From the IMG/VR virus record IMGVR_UViG_3300047409_000209, positions 1-43,542 of that record: a DNA stretch of 43,542 nt, one strand, 5' to 3'. Positions 27,161-34,549 of this stretch are shown one piece after another. A model generated the notes under the pieces. The model saw only the letters and a program-made list of their open reading frames with translations. It was not told the DNA's origin and did no database searches. Position 1 is the stretch's first letter. Every line of letters starts with the position of its first letter. The position numbers were made by a program, and so were the translations under genes. This DNA comes from a virus (lineage: Duplodnaviria > Caudoviricetes).

Positions 27161-27239
27161 AATAACAATGGGGCTATCGAAAACGCCCAGGCTTTATAAC
27201 AATTTGTTATATTCGTATGCTCTAAATCATTTTGTTATT
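27161..27239. promoter_or_regulatory. AT-rich operator-like region
   Basis: Perfect ATAACAA-T-TTGTTAT at 27196-27210, plus half sites AATAACAA at 27161 and TTGTTATT at 27232. Confidence 0.55.
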
Positions 27240-27278
27240 GCGGCTCGAAATCGCGCGTGGAATTACTGACGAACGCCA

Positions 27279-27497
27279 ATGATTACAGCCGCCGAAGTCG
27301 AACCGTTAAAGACCGCGCGCGCGTTGGCGTTTGATTTGATCTTCAAGGAAATCAAAATCTTCTCGAGGCGCGCGGACATTCCAGAAGAGCGCATTGCGCT
27401 GGCGGAGCTGGAGCGCGAAATCTTAACGATCGAAGAGCGCTGGCGGACCGCCGGCATGATCGACGAACCGAAACCCGAGCTGGAGCCGGCCGCGTGA
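27279..27497 (+). CDS. Hypothetical protein
   Basis: 72 aa; GTGA overlap with the next gene. Confidence 0.6.
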   Translation: MITAAEVEPLKTARALAFDLIFKEIKIFSRRADIPEERIALAELEREILTIEERWRTAGMIDEPKPELEPAA

Positions 27498-27790
27498 CGT
27501 TAATTGGTAAAACTCGAGCGCAGATTGAAAGCGCACTACGCAACAAGGACCGGCCCGAGCTACTCGATTTGATTTTTGCGCTTTCAACGATTGAACCGCA
27601 CCTAACAGTTTCAGAACTGGCGCGCCTGCGGAAAGTGTCGCGTGACACGATTCTAGAGAGAATACGTAAAGGGGAAATCCCGCGCGCGCATCGCCTGGGC
27701 GATCACGGTTTGAGGATCCCGCTTTCAGCCGTCGCCGCCTGGGACGCTAACACGCAGATTACTAATGGCCACGAAACGAGCGACGCCTGA
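27494..27790 (+). CDS. Excisionase-like winged HTH protein, paralog 3
   Basis: Shares PELLDLI and EIPRAHRLGDHGLRIPLS with 25086-25379. Confidence 0.8.
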   Translation: MTLIGKTRAQIESALRNKDRPELLDLIFALSTIEPHLTVSELARLRKVSRDTILERIRKGEIPRAHRLGDHGLRIPLSAVAAWDANTQITNGHETSDA

Positions 27791-27986
27791 CTGGCAAATT
27801 CACCGCGGATTCATGTCTGCCGGCGGCCGTGTGTTTTTTCGTCCTGCGTTCAGGATCAAAGCGCGAACACGCGACCAGGCTATTGAGCGCGCAGCGCATC
27901 GGATTAGAGGCCTCGCGCTACTAAAGGCCACGCGCATCATCCCGGCCCGGTCTTTTTTTGTGTGTCTTAAGCTTGTGGGAAAGTAA
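27765..27986 (+). CDS. Basic hypothetical protein
   Basis: 73 aa filling the operon gap. Confidence 0.45.
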   Translation: MATKRATPDWQIHRGFMSAGGRVFFRPAFRIKARTRDQAIERAAHRIRGLALLKATRIIPARSFFVCLKLVGK

Positions 27987-27991
27987 TAGTT

Positions 27992-28912
27992 ATGCCGGCG
28001 CCGCAGCTACGTTTACCGGACGCGCCAGAATTGCCCGGCGTTCATCTCTTCGACGATGAGACGATGCAGGCGCTAACGGATGAAGAGCGCAAATTTGCGC
28101 TTTACACCGGCGCGCGCTGCCCGGAGCACAAGCGCAATGACATTATCGCGCTGGCCGGCCGCGGCTGGCGTGTTGATGAGATCCGGCGCTTCGTGCACGT
28201 CCATCGCGAGACGGTGCTTAACGTGATGAATGAATTTGCCGTTGAAATCCAGGACTACGAGCGGCGCATGGCTGCGAAGGAGAAGCGCTGCAAGTGGGCG
28301 GTCCTGGATCGCATCGAGCGCGAACTGGATCAAATCCCACGGCAGGCGCTCGGGCTGACATTCAAGATCATCAGCGACACCGAAGCGAACGACAGCGGCC
28401 GCGCGATCGCGCGCGTCGATCACATTCACCACATTGATTTGTTCAGCGACTTCTCGACGTTCGTGCAGGAGCTCGAGGCGCGGCCGGTATTAGATGAAAA
28501 AAACGGCGCTGTTATTACTTTGCCCGCGCACCTGGCCGATGCCGACGCGGGAGAAAGCGGAATCAATCAAGACGGTCAGCAGATTTCAAGCTCTCCCGGC
28601 GGGCGAACTCATTTAGGCGACGGGAAAAAGTCTGTAATGCCGGCGCCCGGATCCGAGCTGGCGGTGATCGACGTGCCGGCGGATCAGGAAGCGCCTGGCG
28701 GCCCTGGGTCTGATTGGAAATCAGACGTTTCGCCCCTACCTACCCAGCAAGGGCAGGTCGACACCCCGACTTTCACCCCGGATTCACCGGCCGCGGCGGC
28801 GGATCCCGCGGCAGTAGTGCCGGACCCGGCGGGGGGGGGGTCGGCCGCGGACGCGCCGGCAAACCCTGCGAAGGGTAATGGCTCTCCGAAATTTTTGGGT
28901 AATGGGCTTTAA
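27992..28912 (+). CDS. HTH protein, possible terminase small subunit
   Basis: N-terminal HTH (IIALAGRGWRVDEIRRFVHVHRETV), helical middle, and a disordered tail containing a 10-G run at 28831-28840. Confidence 0.5.
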   Translation: MPAPQLRLPDAPELPGVHLFDDETMQALTDEERKFALYTGARCPEHKRNDIIALAGRGWRVDEIRRFVHVHRETVLNVMNEFAVEIQDYERRMAAKEKRCKWAVLDRIERELDQIPRQALGLTFKIISDTEANDSGRAIARVDHIHHIDLFSDFSTFVQELEARPVLDEKNGAVITLPAHLADADAGESGINQDGQQISSSPGGRTHLGDGKKSVMPAPGSELAVIDVPADQEAPGGPGSDWKSDVSPLPTQQGQVDTPTFTPDSPAAAADPAAVVPDPAGGGSAADAPANPAKGNGSPKFLGNGL

Positions 28913-28917
28913 GCGTC

Positions 28918-29355
28918 ATGCGCGACCTGTGGTATTCAGAATCCTTACTTGCGTCGCGTTTAACCGTTACCAGATCGTCGCTTGAAAATTTCCGTAAAAA
29001 TGCGCTCGGGGATGGCGACACGAAAAAAATTGGCCGCACACTTTTCATTAGCGAGTCGGCCTTAAAAAAACTGCTGGCCGAACTGGGCAGCGAGGAATTG
29101 GATTGTAGCGAGTGCCTGGAAAAAAACGGGGCGTCGCAGAATGGCGTGGTGGAGCTGGTTGTTACCCGGGTGTTTCCTAATCCGCGGCTGATCCAGGCTA
29201 CCACGGACACCGGCGAACTGGTGCTGGTGTCGGTGGCTACTAATAACAACTTTCGGCCGCGCATGACTGTGAAGGCGCACGCGCCGGGTCCGCTGCCGGC
29301 GCCGCAACTTTATCGGCTCGAGGGGCGTTGCCCGCGGTTTCCGGGGAGATGGTAA
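28918..29355 (+). CDS. Hypothetical protein
   Basis: 145 aa, tightly packed in the operon. Confidence 0.65.
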   Translation: MRDLWYSESLLASRLTVTRSSLENFRKNALGDGDTKKIGRTLFISESALKKLLAELGSEELDCSECLEKNGASQNGVVELVVTRVFPNPRLIQATTDTGELVLVSVATNNNFRPRMTVKAHAPGPLPAPQLYRLEGRCPRFPGRW

Positions 29356-29356
29356 C

Positions 29357-30166
29357 ATGAGTATAAGAGCTATCGACTGGGTATTAGACCATGAGGTTAA
29401 ACCGGCCTCGCTTAAGCTCGTGCTACTCACCCTGGCTAACTATGCCAGCGACACGGGCATGGCCTATCCGTCAACGGAAACAATCGCGCGCAAGACAAGT
29501 GTTTCGCGAAGAAGTGTTGTAGAGGCGTTGGATTTGCTTGTGGAGCAGGGCTGGCTGGAAGATACCGGTAAGCGCGTTGGAAGGACGAAGCAGATTAAGG
29601 TCTTTCGTTTGAAGTGGGCTAATGAGCAGCCAAAGGATGCGATAGCTGCACCCTTAAAGGATGCGGAAACTGCACCCTTAGATGACGAAAAGGGTGCAGA
29701 AATTGCAGGAAAGGGTGCGAAAACTGCACACCAAAGGGTGCGAAAACTGCACACAGAACCGTCAGAGGAACCGTCAGAGGAACCGTTAAAGGAACCTAAG
29801 AAGAGGAATCAGCTTTCTAAGTTCATTGACTTCCTGATTGAAGATCCGCGCTTTGATGGGCTTGACGTGGAAGCTGAAGTTGCGCTGGCGGTGGAGTGGT
29901 ATAAGAAAAAAAACCGGCCGGTCACTGAGCGGCTTCTGGAAAACTGGTTGCTCCACGCGGAACAACCTTTGGAAGAGGATGAAGAGGAGGTCGGTTCGCT
30001 TGCCACTGAAGATTACTACTCCTGGGACGGTTGGACTGAGCACCGGCGCAAGGCGCTTCTGGAGCTTTGGCCTAACACGGCGGAACCGCCTGTGCGTTGG
30101 GAGAAAATGTCGCCTTCCATAAAGGAGCAGATCGAGGCACGAGTGAAGGAGGGCTGGGCGGTATGA
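29357..30166 (+). CDS. Replication initiator (winged HTH, lambda O-like architecture)
   Basis: KLVLLTLANYASDTGMAYPSTETIARKTSVSRRSV, internal iterons, DnaB downstream. Confidence 0.85.
   Translation: MSIRAIDWVLDHEVKPASLKLVLLTLANYASDTGMAYPSTETIARKTSVSRRSVVEALDLLVEQGWLEDTGKRVGRTKQIKVFRLKWANEQPKDAIAAPLKDAETAPLDDEKGAEIAGKGAKTAHQRVRKLHTEPSEEPSEEPLKEPKKRNQLSKFIDFLIEDPRFDGLDVEAEVALAVEWYKKKNRPVTERLLENWLLHAEQPLEEDEEEVGSLATEDYYSWDGWTEHRRKALLELWPNTAEPPVRWEKMSPSIKEQIEARVKEGWAV
29632..29790. repeat. Replication origin iterons
   Basis: Five AAGG(G/A)TGC-N5-TGCA units followed by GAACCGTCAGAG twice plus a partial copy. Confidence 0.8.
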
Positions 30167-30693
30167 ACACAGAACCCAAACCCACAGGCGAATGGACGTG
30201 GAGGCCATGTGAGCCGTGCGGCCAAACAGGAATAAACGAAAACTGTCCTGATTGCGACGGAGAAGGTCGAATCTGGATACAACCCAAACCCGCGACAGGC
30301 GAATTGCCTGATATCAACGAGATTGTGGTGGATTTGCGCCAGGCAACGGGTTCGCCCGAAAACCTGCATCGTGCTTTCTTCAATATCCTGCAACCAATCT
30401 ACGACAAGCACAACGCCGCACTCGTCGCCGAGAGGGAGAATCATCGAAAGGAAATGGAAGCGGTCACGATGAACACATCTGACATTGAAACCGTCCAGCA
30501 ACTCCGCGCACAACTGGCGGCAGCACAGGCAGCACAGAAGCCGCTTGTGGATGCGCTGACACTGGAAATCGAGAAGCTGATCGACGAAGGCAAGAAAGAA
30601 CGAGCCAGTTTCGATTGCGGTCCCGAAGCATATTGCCTTTACAAGCTCAGGGACAGAATGGCGGTAGCACTCGCAAAGGTGGGGAAACAATGA
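30163..30693 (+). CDS. Modular hypothetical protein 1 with CxxC...CxxC
   Basis: MNTEPKPTGEWT...CEPC...CPDCDGEG...ALAKVGKQ. Confidence 0.7.
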   Translation: MNTEPKPTGEWTWRPCEPCGQTGINENCPDCDGEGRIWIQPKPATGELPDINEIVVDLRQATGSPENLHRAFFNILQPIYDKHNAALVAERENHRKEMEAVTMNTSDIETVQQLRAQLAAAQAAQKPLVDALTLEIEKLIDEGKKERASFDCGPEAYCLYKLRDRMAVALAKVGKQ

Positions 30694-31271
30694 ACACAGA
30701 ACCCAAACCCGCGACAGGTGAATGGACGGAGGAAGCACTCGCAAGGCAGTTTCACGAACTATACGAAAGCTATGCTTGTGAGTTTGCGTATGAGACACGC
30801 CAAGAGACAAGAGCGTTTGACCCAACCACTCCGAACGGACGGCTAATGATTGCCGTTTGCAAAGCGATAGCCGACGCGCACAACGCCGCACTCGACGCCG
30901 AGAGGGAGAAGCATGCCTTTGAACTGGCAGCGGAAGTTGAGAAGGCATACGATAAAGGACGACTCTTGGGTTCCAAGCATTGCCCCGCACCGGAGAACGA
31001 GCTTGGCGATTGCTCCGGTGATGTTCGCATCGAGCATTACTTTCCAAAGGGATACGACCCTTATGAGGAACCGTGGAAGTCCATCAGGCAGTATCACAAC
31101 TCGGAAAGGGATTGGATGGAACACCTACGCATCCGACTCGCGTCGGAAGTCGAGAAGGTGAACAAGCTACAGGAGCAACTCGCCGCCGCTTACGAGAAAG
31201 GAAAACAAGACGAGAAAGGAAAACAAGATGCAATCAACTTCGCACGAGAACACTGCCACAGACCAGCCTAA
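30690..31271 (+). CDS. Modular hypothetical protein 2
   Basis: MNTEPKPATGEWT...HNAALDAERE. Confidence 0.7.
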   Translation: MNTEPKPATGEWTEEALARQFHELYESYACEFAYETRQETRAFDPTTPNGRLMIAVCKAIADAHNAALDAEREKHAFELAAEVEKAYDKGRLLGSKHCPAPENELGDCSGDVRIEHYFPKGYDPYEEPWKSIRQYHNSERDWMEHLRIRLASEVEKVNKLQEQLAAAYEKGKQDEKGKQDAINFAREHCHRPA

Positions 31272-32022
31272 ACCCACGACAGGCGAATGGACGGTGCATC
31301 AGTGGAAAGACGGTGCTGGCAATCTTACGTCCAGTTATGAAATCCATGAAGGCGACAAGTTAATAGTCGCAGACTTAGAGAAAAGTGAATGTGACGACAT
31401 AGCCAACGCCCACAACGCCGTAGTATTTCAGTTGTCCGATAAAATCGGACAACTGTCCTTGAGTGGCAACGACTGTAACGTTGGTGCAGCGGGGCAGGAA
31501 TCAAACGTAACTGGTATCACCGCCCCGTCCACTCAACCCAAACCCAACTTGACGGCGAAACAGCTAGCCACAAAAGCTGCGGCGGATATAGCTGACAGCG
31601 AAGGCTACCCAGACTCCATAAATATCATTGAGGATGCAATCAACGCCGCACTCCGCGCACAACTGTCGGAACAAGAGCAATCGTCATGGGATGAAATTGC
31701 CAAACTCGAAAACAAACTGGCGGCAGCACAGGCGGCGAATGTAAGCTATTACGACTTCATACGCAGTTACTTCGTTGACGGAATCTTGAGGCACACCAAC
31801 GGCAAATCTTACAGGGAATTGGCTAAGGAACTGCTTGCCAATGAGCCAGACACGTCCGCACTCGCCGCAGCCGTAGCCGAAGCACAGAAGCCGCTGGATG
31901 CGCTCCATCAGATAGGATTGCTTGCCGGAAGTGGCGACAATGGTGACCCGCCACAAGTGAAACTGGAGGCTATTGCCAAACGCTGCCAGAAGGAAATAGC
32001 ACTCGCAAAGGTGGGGAAATGA
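31228..32022 (+). CDS. Modular hypothetical protein 3
   Basis: QPKPTTGEWT...LAAAQAA...AQKPLDAL...ALAKVGK. Confidence 0.7.
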   Translation: MQSTSHENTATDQPKPTTGEWTVHQWKDGAGNLTSSYEIHEGDKLIVADLEKSECDDIANAHNAVVFQLSDKIGQLSLSGNDCNVGAAGQESNVTGITAPSTQPKPNLTAKQLATKAAADIADSEGYPDSINIIEDAINAALRAQLSEQEQSSWDEIAKLENKLAAAQAANVSYYDFIRSYFVDGILRHTNGKSYRELAKELLANEPDTSALAAAVAEAQKPLDALHQIGLLAGSGDNGDPPQVKLEAIAKRCQKEIALAKVGK

Positions 32023-32129
32023 ACCGCGTAAAGCCCTCTCACCCCGTAAAGGGGCGTGGCCCCCACGTGGCTTTACGCCCTTCCACGCGGCAATCGCGTG
32101 AGCCGCTGGAGGCGGCTTTTACGCGATGA
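32019..32129 (+). repeat. Hairpin repeat family F, copy 2, spanned by a 36-aa bridging ORF
   Basis: CGCGTAAAGCC...GGCTTTTACGCG with nested stems; ATGAACCG direct repeat at 32019 and 32126. Confidence 0.7.
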
Positions 32130-33778
32130 ACCGGGTAGCAAATCAGCCGGTGGCTTTCGTGGGGAACGGGGAAGCTCGCTCGAGTGCCGGGTTGCCGCAT
32201 TCTTCGGATGCGGAAATGGGCGTGCTGGGTTCGATGCTCCAGGATCGCAACGCGCTCACTGAAGCGCTGGACCGGGTGCGGCCGGAACATTTCTTTATCC
32301 CTGCCAATCGTTCGACGTTTGAGGCGCTGGGTGCGTTCAATCGGCAGGAAAAAAACCGGGCGCTGGATTTAATCACGTTTACCGATGCGTTCAGGGACGG
32401 GTTTCGGGTGCGGGAACACGAGAATGATCCGGGCTACATGCTGAAGATCGATGAGGTGGGCGGTGCGAGTTATGTGACTACCCTTTTCACGTTCGTGCCT
32501 ACGGCTGCGAACGTGGATTATTACCTGGATATTTTGCGCGAGAAATATATCGCGCGGGAGATTATCGCCAAGTGCACGGAGATCATTCGCGTGGCGCGCG
32601 ATGAGCAGGCGGAGATCGCGCAGGTGCTCGAGCAAACGCAGGCGGCGCTAACGCAAATCATCATCGAGACGGAGCGGCCGGACGTGATCGTGCACGTGCG
32701 CGAAGGTGTGCCGGTGGCGGTGGAACAACTGGCGCAGGCTTACGCGCACCGGGGCCAGGATGCGGTGGTGGGGCTGGCTACGGGCATCCTGGACTTGGAC
32801 CGGATGACCGCGGGGTTGCGCGAGCAGCAGCTTGTTATCGTGGGTGCGCGGCCGTCGCAGGGTAAGACGGCGCTGGCCATGAACTTCGCTTCTAACATGG
32901 CGGTGATAAACCAGGTGCCGGTGGGCGTGTTCTCGATGGAGATGAGTTTCCAGGAAGTTGTGAACCGGCTCTTTGCTAATGTGACGGACATTAGTTTGCA
33001 GCGGTTTCGGGACGGGATGTTGAGCCACGAGGATAGCGATGATCTTAAGCAGTTTCGCAAGGCGTTCTCTGAGGGGACAGGGTTTGAGAATGTGCCTGAG
33101 CGGATGCGCAAAATCATTTTCGCGCCGCTTTGGATAGACGATTCGCCGGCATTAAGTATCTCCAGCTTTAAGGCGCGTGCGCGGCTGATGCGGACGCGCT
33201 ACGGGGTGAAAGCGATCGTGGTGGATTACCTGCAACTGATGCACAGCCCCAGCAAACGCTCGGAGCAAGCGCGCTGGCTGGAGATCACGGAGATTTCGGC
33301 GTCACTTAAAGCGACGGCGAAGGAGCTCGGGATCCCGATTATTTGCTGTGCGCAACTGAACCGGGAAGCGGAACAGCGCGAGTTTGGTAAACCGAAGCTA
33401 TCCGATCTGCGCGAGAGCGGATCGATCGAGCAGGATGCCGATATTGTGTGCCTTTTGTGGCGGCCGTCGCGGCATATTCAGCACCCGAAAAATGAAGGGA
33501 TAAAGGGTGAGAAGAACAAGCTGGCCAAGTTACTCCACCTGAAAAGCCCGGATGGCGATGACCTATGGGAAGAGAGCAAGGACGATGAGCGGCTTACCGA
33601 GGAACAACTCAAAGAGCGCAGCCACCAGATCGATGAGTATGCGGAGTTGATCCTGGCGAAACAACGCAATGGGCCGGTGAATAATATCCGGCTGCGGTTT
33701 GTGGATGAGATGACGCGCTTTGAGAACGTGACCAGGAAAATGTGGAGTAATAACGAAAGTGAGCGCCAACAAAATTGA
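32126..33778 (+). CDS. dnaB: Replicative DNA helicase
   Basis: LPHSSDAEMGVLG, GARPSQGKT, FSMEM, VVDYLQL, DLRESGSIEQDAD and AKQRNGP. Confidence 0.96.
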   Translation: MNRVANQPVAFVGNGEARSSAGLPHSSDAEMGVLGSMLQDRNALTEALDRVRPEHFFIPANRSTFEALGAFNRQEKNRALDLITFTDAFRDGFRVREHENDPGYMLKIDEVGGASYVTTLFTFVPTAANVDYYLDILREKYIAREIIAKCTEIIRVARDEQAEIAQVLEQTQAALTQIIIETERPDVIVHVREGVPVAVEQLAQAYAHRGQDAVVGLATGILDLDRMTAGLREQQLVIVGARPSQGKTALAMNFASNMAVINQVPVGVFSMEMSFQEVVNRLFANVTDISLQRFRDGMLSHEDSDDLKQFRKAFSEGTGFENVPERMRKIIFAPLWIDDSPALSISSFKARARLMRTRYGVKAIVVDYLQLMHSPSKRSEQARWLEITEISASLKATAKELGIPIICCAQLNREAEQREFGKPKLSDLRESGSIEQDADIVCLLWRPSRHIQHPKNEGIKGEKNKLAKLLHLKSPDGDDLWEESKDDERLTEEQLKERSHQIDEYAELILAKQRNGPVNNIRLRFVDEMTRFENVTRKMWSNNESERQQN

Positions 33779-33923
33779 GCATCCCGACCATAACGCAAAA
33801 CCTGGGGCTTTACCGGATGCACCATCACAGACAGCTACGGGCGATAAGGCGGGAGCTGTGGAAGCTGGAGCGGCGGGCGTGGTGGTTGCGGATTAAGAAA
33901 AGAATGAAGATGGGAGATAGAAG

Positions 33924-34142
33924 ATGAGCCATGTAGAACCGGAACGCGGTGGCAGACAACTTGAAGGCGAGCAGATTCCTGCGGTGTTGCCGTGGTCGGC
34001 GCAGGATGAGTTTGCCGCGCGTGCCATGCAGGCGTTGCTCGGTCTGGGCACAGCGGGCGAGGATGCTGATTTCGAGATAGTTGCCCAAATCGCTTACGAC
34101 ATGGCGGATGCCATGATGGCGCAGAGAGAGAAAAGACCGTGA
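33924..34142 (+). CDS. Small phage protein
   Basis: DEFAARAMQAL...AYDMADAMMAQR, a pattern common in phage early regions. Confidence 0.7.
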   Translation: MSHVEPERGGRQLEGEQIPAVLPWSAQDEFAARAMQALLGLGTAGEDADFEIVAQIAYDMADAMMAQREKRP

Positions 34143-34549
34143 GTGCACCGCTAAAATGGACGGGGAACAATAGCTACGCCACGCCGAGGTATTTATACGA
34201 GGCGCTGGATAGCGAGTTCGGATTTGATTTCGACCCATGCCCATTTAACCCGCATCCGACTTTGGAAATGGATGGTCTGCAAACCGATTGGGCGAGCCGC
34301 AGGGTGTTTCTTAATCCACCATGGTCAGACATAACGCCGTGGGTGGATAAAGCATTTTCATCGCCTGCTGAAGTTGTTGTGTTTGTGCTTCCCGCCAGGA
34401 CCGATACGGCGTGGTATCACAGACTTAAAGACAGAGGAGCGGAAATAAGGCTGTTTCGGCGCCGCGTGCATTTTGTGAATGGAGAAGCGCAGAATAAACG
34501 CAGTCCTACTGATGGCACAATGGTAGCAATCGTCCGGCCGCAGCTATGA
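34139..34549 (+). CDS. Phage Dam-like N6-adenine DNA methyltransferase
   Basis: ATP...FDFDPC, DGLQTDW, FLNPPWS and LPARTDTAWYH. Confidence 0.88.
   Translation: MSAPLKWTGNNSYATPRYLYEALDSEFGFDFDPCPFNPHPTLEMDGLQTDWASRRVFLNPPWSDITPWVDKAFSSPAEVVVFVLPARTDTAWYHRLKDRGAEIRLFRRRVHFVNGEAQNKRSPTDGTMVAIVRPQL

Noticed and set aside
33775-33927. 50-aa basic ORF with a TTG start between dnaB and 33924
   Set aside because: It overlaps both neighbours neatly but has no motif or ribosome site; too weak to list as a feature.
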